The notes under the pieces are model-generated. The model made no database searches, had not been told where the DNA came from, and saw nothing but the letters and a program-made list of their open reading frames with translations. From an uncultured Verrucomicrobiae bacterium (GTDB lineage: Bacteria; Verrucomicrobiota; Verrucomicrobiia; Limisphaerales; Palsa-1400): a stretch of DNA of 64,000 nt. Position numbers and translations under genes: made by a program. The stretch lies in assembly GCA_963707025.1 (NCBI GenBank), contig CAVPOM010000012.1, positions 192,001 to 256,000 on the forward strand. The letters are read 5' to 3'. Shown here piece by piece: positions 1-7,844 of the stretch. The stretch's first letter is position 1. Each line of letters begins with the position of its first letter.

Positions 1-2
1 CC

Positions 3-2480
3 GGCAACACGGTGACTTTCGGCAATGATACGGTGGACGGTCATCCGGCCTTCGGTGTGAACTGGATTGATGTGGGCTATTACGATATGGAGACCGACAA
101 GCTCGACAGTTTCCAACTCATCCTCATCAGCCGCTCGGACAGAAATCCGGGCGATTTCGACATCGAGTTCAATTACGACCAGATTCAATGGGAGACAGGC
201 GACGCCAGTGGTGGTGTGGATGGGTTGGGCGGCGATTCCGCCGTGGCGGGCTTTTCCAACGGGAGCGGCCTGCCGGGGACATCTTTTCAATTGCCTGGGT
301 CAGAAATACCGGGAGAGCTTCTCGACAACAATCCGGGAGGGTTGATCCATTCTGCGCTCAACACGAATTACCCGGGGCGTTACGTCATTCCCATCGTCAA
401 TCTCACGGATTTGCTTCTCAATGTCAGCCTGGTCAGCCAGGGCGACCCGCGCTGGGCCGGCGACCCCTATGCCAATTCAGCCTTCACCATCCAGCAGCAA
501 GGATGTGCCCTCTCCTGCCTGGCCATGGCGCTGACTGACGCGGGTGTGCCGACGGATCCTGGAGCCCTCAACACGCTGATGAATAACCATGGCGATTTTG
601 TCGGAACAGGCGTCAACTGGGACGCGGCCACGCGCGATGCGTCCGGCGACACGCTCGAATTCCACGCCTATCGCACCGCCGACATTCAGTATTTGAGTCA
701 GATCCTGGCCAAGGGTTACCCGGTGATCGTGGGTGTCAATTTAAACGCCAATGGAGAACCGGGCCATTTTGTCTTGGTGGTGGGAGTGCAAAACGGCCAA
801 TTCCTGATCAACGATCCCGGACATGCGGATGCGACCACCTTGAGCTACTATAATAACGATTTCGAGAGCCGGGGTTATGTGGGTGATCCGTCCGGCGATG
901 TGAGCGGATTGGATTTCGCTGCGGGTAATGCCGCCGAGGTATTGGTGGTGGACCCCCTGGGACGGCGGACCGGATACGACCCGGCTTCCGGGACGGTTCT
1001 GGAAGAGATTCCTCAATCTGTTCATTTCGTGGATACCATTGAAAACAATGATCTGACCGGCGCGCCCGGAACAAATGCCGCGCACCTGATTGAAATCTAC
1101 CAGCCGGTGCCGGGGAATTATCAGATCTTCCTCGTGGGCACGAACGCGGGCAACTATCAATTGGCCCTGCGTTCCTTTTCCCAGAGTGGGACGCCGGGAA
1201 CGCCGTTGCTTCTGCAAGGCCCAAAAACGTCAGGCGCCATCATCCCATTCCAAGTCAACTTCGCGGGCGCCAGCGTCACCTTGGAACCCTTCACCAATGA
1301 ATGCCCCTGGTCGGCTTCTCCCACCAACGGCCCGTTGCCCTTGGCCGTGCAATTCACCTCTCCGGACGTTGACAGCGGCGGCAATGCCTTCACCAATTGG
1401 AATTGGCGTTTTGGCGACGGCTCAACCGGCACCGGGCAGAATCCATTATATAGCTACACCACCGCTGGTCTTTTCCATCCCAGCCTCACCGTCATCAACA
1501 ATACCGGCGCCACCTTCGTCAGTTTCGGCCCGTCCATTATTCTTCCCGCCGTCCCGTTCACCGCCGATCCGGACGCCGGCCTGGTTCCCTTGACCGTTCA
1601 ATTCAGCTCTTCGAATATGGACAGCGCGGGCGGCGCCATCACCGGCTGGCAATGGGATTTTGGCGACGGCTCAACCGGCACCGGGCAGAATCCATCGCAT
1701 CTCTATTCCGCTTCAGGCACCTTCTTTCCCAGTCTGAGCGCGACCGATAATAGCGGTTTGGCGGTTTCCGGCGCCGGCCCCTCCATCGAGGTGGTTCCTC
1801 CGACGGCTTCTTCCGGCCTGGTTCTCAATGGCGGCTTCGAAACAGGAGATTTCACCGCCTGGACTCTCTCTGGACCAGACACCTTCGATATGTTTGTTGA
1901 CGACGGTTCTGCAACTGGGATCAGCCCGCACTCTGGAAGCTATCTGGCCGCACTGGGACCCTTCGGTTCACTCAGTTATCTTTCCCAGACGCTGGCCACG
2001 ACCGCGGGAGCGGCCTACTCCCTTTCCTTGTGGCTGAATGACCCGGACGGGTCAATCCCCTCGGAGTTTCTGGTCTCATGGAACGGAAACACCCTCTTTG
2101 ACGAGGTGAATCTTGCGCCAACCCCCGGTTGGTCAAACCTTCAGTTCTTCGTCACGGCGACGGGGACGAGCACGGTTCTCACCTTTGCATCCCGGGATGA
2201 CAATTCCTATCTCGGTCTGGATGACATCAGCGCCATGCCGGCGCAGCCAGGCATTGCCGGGCTCAGCTTGTCCGGGACAAACCTGGTGCTCAACGGCACC
2301 AACGGATTTGCCAACGCGACCTATTATGTGCTGACGAGCACAAACCTGGCGCAGCCATTAAGCCTATGGACGCGGGTGGCGACCAACGTGCCGGACACGA
2401 GCGGGAACTTCAGCATCACCGCCACCAACGCGGTGAATCGGCACGCCCCGCGGCAGTTTTACATTCTCCAATTGCAATAG
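3..2480 (+). CDS. Secreted multidomain protein, 5'-truncated by the window: nidogen(NIDO)-like, C39-like cysteine peptidase, 2 PKD domains, carbohydrate-binding-like domain, C-terminal Verrucomicrobia-type domain
   Basis: NIDO-like motif FQLILI..DFDIEFNYDQIQWETGDASGG. C39-like Cys/His/Asp motifs QGCALSCLAM, GHFVLVVG, INDPG. Two PKD motifs W.FGDGSTGTGQNP. The frame is open to the window edge. Confidence 0.8.
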   Translation, partial: GNTVTFGNDTVDGHPAFGVNWIDVGYYDMETDKLDSFQLILISRSDRNPGDFDIEFNYDQIQWETGDASGGVDGLGGDSAVAGFSNGSGLPGTSFQLPGSEIPGELLDNNPGGLIHSALNTNYPGRYVIPIVNLTDLLLNVSLVSQGDPRWAGDPYANSAFTIQQQGCALSCLAMALTDAGVPTDPGALNTLMNNHGDFVGTGVNWDAATRDASGDTLEFHAYRTADIQYLSQILAKGYPVIVGVNLNANGEPGHFVLVVGVQNGQFLINDPGHADATTLSYYNNDFESRGYVGDPSGDVSGLDFAAGNAAEVLVVDPLGRRTGYDPASGTVLEEIPQSVHFVDTIENNDLTGAPGTNAAHLIEIYQPVPGNYQIFLVGTNAGNYQLALRSFSQSGTPGTPLLLQGPKTSGAIIPFQVNFAGASVTLEPFTNECPWSASPTNGPLPLAVQFTSPDVDSGGNAFTNWNWRFGDGSTGTGQNPLYSYTTAGLFHPSLTVINNTGATFVSFGPSIILPAVPFTADPDAGLVPLTVQFSSSNMDSAGGAITGWQWDFGDGSTGTGQNPSHLYSASGTFFPSLSATDNSGLAVSGAGPSIEVVPPTASSGLVLNGGFETGDFTAWTLSGPDTFDMFVDDGSATGISPHSGSYLAALGPFGSLSYLSQTLATTAGAAYSLSLWLNDPDGSIPSEFLVSWNGNTLFDEVNLAPTPGWSNLQFFVTATGTSTVLTFASRDDNSYLGLDDISAMPAQPGIAGLSLSGTNLVLNGTNGFANATYYVLTSTNLAQPLSLWTRVATNVPDTSGNFSITATNAVNRHAPRQFYILQLQ

Positions 2481-2510
2481 ATGGCAGAGCGCGGCGACAC
2501 GGGGAACAGG

Positions 2511-3086
2511 TTATCTCCCGCGCCACTTGCGCCAACGGGCCGCCGACCAGCCGGCCAGGCCCATGGCCAACAGGCCCAAGGTGGAAGGTTCGGGCACCGC
2601 CGACAGAGCCGGAGCAAAAACCGCACTGCTTTCTCCCGCCACACCTTGATTGAACTCAATCCCGCCGGCGTATGCCACCGATTCCCCAGCCACTCCCGCG
2701 GTCATTTCCGCCGGGGTGGAAGTGCTGTCAAAGGTGAAGGTCGCCGAACTATTTGGCGCCAAGGCGGTCCCGGCGCTTCCCACGTATTGAATGGAATTGC
2801 CGTCCAGGGTGCTGACCCAGCCAAGCGAATTGCCCGCGCTCGTCGGGTCCGAAGGAAGGTTATTGCCGGAGGTCGTCCAGCCATACCACAGACTTTCGAT
2901 GCCAATGTTGCCGGTATTCTGCAGCGTCAGAGTGTAATCATAAGTGCTGCCCACCTGCACATCCGACAGAGTGGCACTGGCGCTGATCGTGCCGCCCGGC
3001 GGCAAGGCTTGGAGGTTTGAGGCGGCCAATCCTGCCCCCACCACCAGGGCAAAACGAATTGAGATCAACAGCGGTTTCATATTCAT
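2511..3086 (-). CDS. PEP-CTERM sorting-domain surface protein
   Basis: Signal peptide MNMKPLLISIRFALVVGAGLAASNLQA and C-terminal VPEPSTLGLLAMGLAGWSAARWRKWRGR. Confidence 0.9.
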   Translation of the reverse strand: MNMKPLLISIRFALVVGAGLAASNLQALPPGGTISASATLSDVQVGSTYDYTLTLQNTGNIGIESLWYGWTTSGNNLPSDPTSAGNSLGWVSTLDGNSIQYVGSAGTALAPNSSATFTFDSTSTPAEMTAGVAGESVAYAGGIEFNQGVAGESSAVFAPALSAVPEPSTLGLLAMGLAGWSAARWRKWRGR

Positions 3087-3253
3087 GGCATGTCTGTTTA
3101 AGATTAAATAGGCATTCGGATGACCGACCAGGAAGTCACTCATCCAATGCGTGCGACGAACGGGACGCCAAAATGTTCCACAAAAAAGAGCTTCTGCAAC
3201 TTTTTCGGGAACAATGAGGCCGGCCGCAGTTCTGCCCGGCAGGTGTCTTAATC

Positions 3254-3475
3254 CTAATTCCGCCGGCTGGCCAGGGTCAGGTGGACCTGCTCGGGGCGGC
3301 CGGGCGTGGAGGAGGGCCAGGCCACGGCCCGATCCACCACCCGGCGCATCTGGGTGAACCACCATTGGGCTCTTTGCACACGGCGCTGCCGGGGCCATCC
3401 CCGGCTCCGCCTCCCGGCAATCCCCAGTTCCAGTTGATTTGCTTGCTTCGCTTCGATTTCATTTATGTTGCGCAT
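3254..3475 (-). CDS. Small hypothetical protein
   Basis: Coherent ORF containing RAQWWFTQMRRVVDRA; start uncertain (3475, 3481 or 3502). Confidence 0.6.
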   Translation of the reverse strand: MRNINEIEAKQANQLELGIAGRRSRGWPRQRRVQRAQWWFTQMRRVVDRAVAWPSSTPGRPEQVHLTLASRRN

Positions 3476-3575
3476 AGGCATTTTTCCTTTCGTTTTGCGC
3501 ATGACTTTACGCCGGGCGGTTGGACAAAGGCTGTCCAACCAAAAAAATCTTTTCTTTTCCTTCTTGGGCCGGTTT

Positions 3576-3797
3576 TTTGCATTAACGCACAAGTCTTGGA
3601 TTATATGGGAATAGCCCGGAATTGCCCGGAATAGCAGATATATCAAGCACTTACAAATGAAACCCAGCGCACTTTGAAGGGCTTAATTTGTGGCTTTCTC
3701 GAAAGGTGGGCGATAATCGTTGGAATTCAAATGTCCAGAGGGAAAGGCCACGCTTTGAGCGGGTTATGACTTTGGACATTTGAACTCCAAAACTTAT
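3576..3797 (+). repeat. Left end of the Mu-like element: putative transposase-binding sites L1 (3589), L2 (3710-3736), inverted L3 (3774-3797) and an IHF-consensus site (3641-3653)
   Basis: L2 and the reverse complement of L3 match at 23/28. AACTCCAAAACTTAT is identical at 3783-3797 and 29601-29615. TATCAAGCACTTA fits WATCAANNNNTTR. Confidence 0.65.
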
Positions 3798-4485
3798 GGG
3801 TGAAGGTCTTGGGGGTGGAACCCACAACCCATCTTTAACGATAAAGCCAGACCCCGGCAGAACTTGCCCATTGCGTTTTTGAGGGTGTTTCGCCTGGCGC
3901 AACCCGCCTTTGACCTGCCCGCAAACCAGCCCGATCCGGCCGCCAGGCCGCCGGCGCTGGAAACCGGCCAGGAATGCCTCATGCAAAGCCCCTGCAAGCC
4001 TCTTGCCGGCGCGGTCCTGGACGCCCGAAAGCCCCGCCTGGCCCGATCCCGGCCGCCGCCCCTGGCCGATGTCAGGAACGGCCATCCCCGCGCTGTCAAA
4101 ACCATTTCGCTATACTTTGCAGCCGCGCCCAAAGAACGCCCGCCCCGGCCCCGCCTGGACGCTGCAAGCGCCCTTCCCGTCGCCGGCCAGGTCCGGCCCG
4201 ATCCGCCCGGCGCGACACCTGGACGCCCTTGCCAGCGCCGCCCGATCCGGCCGCCGCCGCCGCGGCCTGGACGCCACGAAGTCACAATTCAAAATGTCGA
4301 AAAACCCCCATGTCAGCATAGCGGAGGGGGTCCAAAAAACGCGCCACAATCAATCCTGGCGACAAATCCACTGTCAAGAATGGCGCAAAGCAGGAAACGG
4401 CCACAAAGAGCAAACCAACGGAACGCGCAATAGATCCGCCGGCCGGACGCCGCCGCCGGCCAGGACCACGCCCGCGCCAGGCCGC

Positions 4486-4518
4486 AAAAAAAGCGAGCGG
4501 AGAAAAGGTCCGCTCGCT
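4486..4518 (-). terminator. Intrinsic terminator of the leftward repressor/RHH operon
   Basis: Minus strand reads AGCGAGCGGA-7 nt loop-TCCGCTCGCT then a T run, just downstream of the stop at 4544. Confidence 0.7.
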
Positions 4519-4543
4519 CGCTCGCTCCCCGCCGCTGCCCGCC

Positions 4544-4888
4544 TCAATTCTTTTCAGAGCAACACACCCCGAAATACAGACAGGCCCTCCGTATCTCTTG
4601 GCGCTGCCGCCCGATCTCCCGCCTCCGCGCTCTCGACAGCTTTTCCGCCTCACGAATTCCAATGCCGCACTCCCTCTGGAATTCCTCTTCATGCTCGCGG
4701 TAAAATTGCCTCACCGCCGCCGAAAGAAAGCCCCGGAATTCAAACCCCATGCAATCCGCCAGCGCGCGCAGTCTCTTGGCTTCCCAGTCCCCAATGTTGA
4801 CGCGAAGCCAGTTCAACCTTTGCCGGCCCTGGCCCTTCGCCGGCTTCGTTGCCAGGCTGGCCGCCGTCAAAGCAAACCGCGCATTCAC
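4544..4888 (-). CDS. Putative ribbon-helix-helix DNA-binding protein
   Basis: LRVNIGDWEAKRLRALADCMGFEFRGFLSAAVRQF fits the strand-helix-helix pattern; start overlaps the upstream stop. Confidence 0.55.
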   Translation of the reverse strand: MNARFALTAASLATKPAKGQGRQRLNWLRVNIGDWEAKRLRALADCMGFEFRGFLSAAVRQFYREHEEEFQRECGIGIREAEKLSRARRREIGRQRQEIRRACLYFGVCCSEKN

Positions 4889-5340
4889 CGCGCACCGCCT
4901 TTCCCCGTGGCCATGTCGGCCGCCCGCTCAATCGCCGGCAGAAAGTAATGCAGCGCCCGATCCATGAACTGTTCACGGCTCAAGCCTTCCCTCTGCCGCG
5001 CCGAATCCATCGCCGCAAGCAGCCAGTTTGGGAATGAAACCCAAATCGTCCTGAGTTGTGGCGCTTCCCGCAGCCCCATCATGCAATCCAGTTTTTCTTG
5101 GGCGGCCACCATGACAAATTCTTCCCGGCTCATCCCTTCCGCCGCCGCCGCCGCGTCAATCAGCGGGACAATGGCCCCAGGGAAGAAAATGCGGACCGTC
5201 CTGAGCTTTTCCTTTTTGCCTGGACCCAGCCACGCCACCGGCGCGCGCGCGGCCCCCGGCCCGGACGCCGGCGCATTTTGCGATTGTGAACGGCGCGCCG
5301 CCCGCTTATCCTTTGTCTGACCTGAATTTTTCGTTTTCAT
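4885..5340 (-). CDS. Tandem ribbon-helix-helix (CopG-like) protein
   Basis: Two internal repeats: LRTVRIFFPG..IDAAAAAEGMSREEFV and LRTIWVSFPN..MDSARQREGLSREQFM. Confidence 0.7.
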   Translation of the reverse strand: MKTKNSGQTKDKRAARRSQSQNAPASGPGAARAPVAWLGPGKKEKLRTVRIFFPGAIVPLIDAAAAAEGMSREEFVMVAAQEKLDCMMGLREAPQLRTIWVSFPNWLLAAMDSARQREGLSREQFMDRALHYFLPAIERAADMATGKGGAR

Positions 5341-5433
5341 AATTTTGGAATGAGATTTTCTGGTTTTGCCCCGGCGGTGGTGACTCACCGCCAGGGGCGT
5401 TTTGTTTGTTGACGCTCCGCCGCCTCGTTGAGA

Positions 5434-5685
5434 TCAACGGGTGAGAAGGGCCAGAAATTTCTCGGCGATTTCAAACTCCGTCACCGGCATTTGCTCACCG
5501 TCCGCCAGCTTCAAGAATTCCCGACGGCTCAAACCTTCCTTTTTGCAAACTGAATCCATCCCCGCAACAATCGCCTTCGCCACATCGAACAATCCCGTCT
5601 TGCCCTTCGGCTCGCTCACCGGCGTTTGTGCTTGCGCCTTGCCCGGCGCGGGTTTATTTTGCCCCTGACTTGACTTGTTTTTCAT
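5434..5685 (-). CDS. Small hypothetical protein, RHH-like fragment
   Basis: MDSVCKKEGLSRREFL resembles the repeats of the neighbouring RHH protein. Confidence 0.55.
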   Translation of the reverse strand: MKNKSSQGQNKPAPGKAQAQTPVSEPKGKTGLFDVAKAIVAGMDSVCKKEGLSRREFLKLADGEQMPVTEFEIAEKFLALLTR

Positions 5686-6592
5686 GGTGTTCTTTCGGTA
5701 ATCGGGTCTTGCCCTTGGCGATGCTTGCCGCGCCGCCAGGGGTGTTTTGTTGCGCTTCTTCCGCCGCGACCCATTCCAGCAAACGAAGGGCGTAATCCCC
5801 CCCCGGTTCTTTGACGCCGCGAACCCATTCGGATACTCGCGCAGGCGAGACTTTCAGGAACGCCGCCAGAGCAGCTTGGTTGCCTCTCTGCGCCGCCGTA
5901 GCCTGAGCCACGCGGGCCAATAAAACCTTCAAAGGAGATTTCACGCCCGGAACAATACCCTTTCGAGAACTATCCGTCAACTCCTTTTTTGCATCCGTCT
6001 CCCGGACCACGGCAAAGCGTTCAATGACAACCCCTGATTCCTCAAGCTCGCGCTCACGAAGCGGAATGACGCAGCGAAGCAATTCGTCAATAAGTAAGGG
6101 CATATTCAGGCGAATTTCCGCGACCTGTTTTTGCATTGCCCAGTCCCCAATGATCTTTTCCGCCAAGGGGTTGGCTTTCCGGTCAGCCAAAACGCGAGCC
6201 AGGTTTTTGAGGCGAGAATGGAGGGCAGACACGAGTTGTATCAATTCATACGTCCCGCTATTGACGTTCTTTTCAATCACGTCTCTAAGCACATAGCTGA
6301 AAGCCAACCGAGTGGGAAGTTCCCCGAAATATTTGGAAAAATCACATTCGACAGGGAATTCCGGTGCGCCCTCTGCCCTCGCCAGCCAAAAAGCATTCAG
6401 ACGGAACTTTTTGGAAATCACCTCAAAAACGCTCCACGGCAAGCGCGCCCGGCCGCCTTCATAACTGGCGAGACGCTCACTGCTCAGGCCAATTTCCAAC
6501 GCGAAGGCCGTCCGGGGAATTTTCCGCGATTCTCGGAAAAAGCGTAGCCTTTGGCCGATCTTAATCTCTTGCTCCGGCAGCTTGTAGATCAC
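5654..6592 (-). CDS. Repressor-like protein with two XRE-type HTH domains
   Basis: N-terminal IGQRLRFFRE..AFALEIGLSSERLASYEGG and C-terminal NQAALAAFLKVSPARVSEWVRG.KEP; divergent from a Ner/Cro-like gene. Confidence 0.8.
   Translation of the reverse strand: MIYKLPEQEIKIGQRLRFFRESRKIPRTAFALEIGLSSERLASYEGGRARLPWSVFEVISKKFRLNAFWLARAEGAPEFPVECDFSKYFGELPTRLAFSYVLRDVIEKNVNSGTYELIQLVSALHSRLKNLARVLADRKANPLAEKIIGDWAMQKQVAEIRLNMPLLIDELLRCVIPLRERELEESGVVIERFAVVRETDAKKELTDSSRKGIVPGVKSPLKVLLARVAQATAAQRGNQAALAAFLKVSPARVSEWVRGVKEPGGDYALRLLEWVAAEEAQQNTPGGAASIAKGKTRLPKEHHEKQVKSGAK
5952..5980 (-). promoter_or_regulatory. Sigma70-type promoter inside the repressor gene
   Basis: TTGACG-17 bp-TATTGT on the minus strand, 7 nt before an in-frame GTG at 5944. 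Confidence 0.55.
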
Positions 6593-6640
6593 GACGCCAA
6601 GGATGCCACATGGAGGCCCGAAAATATATTAAATTTAAGC

Positions 6641-6669
6641 TTGCACAGGATTCCAGAATGTTGTAAAGT
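6641..6669 (+). promoter_or_regulatory. Rightward (early) promoter of the Mu-like element
   Basis: TTGCAC-17 bp-TAAAGT with an AT-rich upstream tract, 9 nt before the ATG at 6679. Confidence 0.55.
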
Positions 6670-6678
6670 CGCATCCTA

Positions 6679-6894
6679 ATGGCGATTAACAGCCACAAAC
6701 GGGGAAAGAAGTTAGGCGCAAAAGTCCGGTTCCCAGGGATCGGGGCCGATGCCGCCGCGCTCAAACTCAGCGCATCTTACTTATGGCTTTGCCTCACCGG
6801 GCGCCGGGACCGCAAGGACATCGTGGATGCCTACCATGACCTGAAACTCAAGCAAGCCCGGCAACTCCTGGAACAAACCCAAAAAGCAGCATGA
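6679..6894 (+). CDS. Ner/Cro-like small HTH protein
   Basis: 71 aa basic protein, RFPGIGADAAALKLSASYLWLCLTGRR; divergent from the repressor. Confidence 0.7.
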   Translation: MAINSHKRGKKLGAKVRFPGIGADAAALKLSASYLWLCLTGRRDRKDIVDAYHDLKLKQARQLLEQTQKAA

Positions 6895-7187
6895 ATGCCA
6901 TGAATCCACAGAGACAAACCGCGACCCAAACCCGCATCGAGCAACTTCGCGCAAACCAACCCCGGACCGCCGGCGAAACCATCCATGCCCAGCGCGCGGC
7001 CAGCGGGAACTATGACCGACTTCCTGGCGGCGCGACTGAGTGCAAGCCGACTCTTCCCCCGTCCTCACCCGTCACGCAACCGGGCACGCCCTGCAACCAG
7101 CAGCGAGCCTGGGGCATTCCCCCGGCCCCTGCCAACGTCGCCGACGCCGCACCCGGCCCGGCCATCCGCTCAAAAGGCGGCAAGTAA
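6891..7187 (+). CDS. Hypothetical protein
   Basis: ATGA-coupled to the Ner-like gene. Confidence 0.5.
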   Translation: MNAMNPQRQTATQTRIEQLRANQPRTAGETIHAQRAASGNYDRLPGGATECKPTLPPSSPVTQPGTPCNQQRAWGIPPAPANVADAAPGPAIRSKGGK

Positions 7188-7224
7188 TCAATCAGCAACC
7201 GTCAACCCCCGAATCCTCAATCCC

Positions 7225-7695
7225 ATGAATACCCTCACCGAAGAATCAACCGTCGCAAACTCCGCAATGGCGAAGTCCCTGGCCGAAACCATGGCCGCCC
7301 AAACTGGCGGGTCGTTTGAAGCCTGCTGGAATTCCGTCCGTGCTGCCCGTCCCGACCTGTTTGGCCTGGAATCCCGCGAAGTCCTGGAAGAGGCGCGAAA
7401 TCGCCAGGCGAACGAACGGCGGGAGAGCCTGGTCATTCGGAACCGCTCTTCCGGCCTACTCGCCGCCAGCATCGGGCGCCAGGACACCCGCACTCTCACC
7501 CAGCGTTTCCACGGCGAGCTAGGATACAATGAGCCGCAAGGCCCGCAAATCGTCAATAGGCTTACTGCTGAAAACAGCGGCGAGGTGGTGGACATGGTGC
7601 AGGATTATCGGCGCCAGCATAACATCGCCACTTTTGCCGACGCATGGGATCGGGCGAAATATGCGCACCCAGAGTGGTTCTTTACAACGGCTTAA
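7225..7695 (+). CDS. Hypothetical protein with a duplicated F..xW......P..F helix motif (capsid-scaffold C-terminus-like)
   Basis: SFEACWNSVRAARPDLF and TFADAWDRAKYAHPEWF. Confidence 0.6.
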   Translation: MNTLTEESTVANSAMAKSLAETMAAQTGGSFEACWNSVRAARPDLFGLESREVLEEARNRQANERRESLVIRNRSSGLLAASIGRQDTRTLTQRFHGELGYNEPQGPQIVNRLTAENSGEVVDMVQDYRRQHNIATFADAWDRAKYAHPEWFFTTA

Positions 7696-7844
7696 ATCCC
7701 GCTCCCCTCACCGCTGACTACGATGTTTGAGACCCTCACAACCCCGCCGCTGCGCAACGATTGGCCTGCCGGGACTCTTCGACCCCGGCTGGTTTGTAAT
7801 GGCCCGGCGCTCGCCTGCCTGTCGCTCGCGAGCGCCGGAGGGCC

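Noticed and set aside
3796..3840. tRNA-like fragment (GGGGTGGAACCCACAACC)
   Set aside because: The T-arm and acceptor pairing are not convincing, and there is no partner repeat
3800..4480. Overlapping Pro/Arg-rich ORFs near the left end
   Set aside because: Low complexity in every frame with no motifs; treated as non-coding
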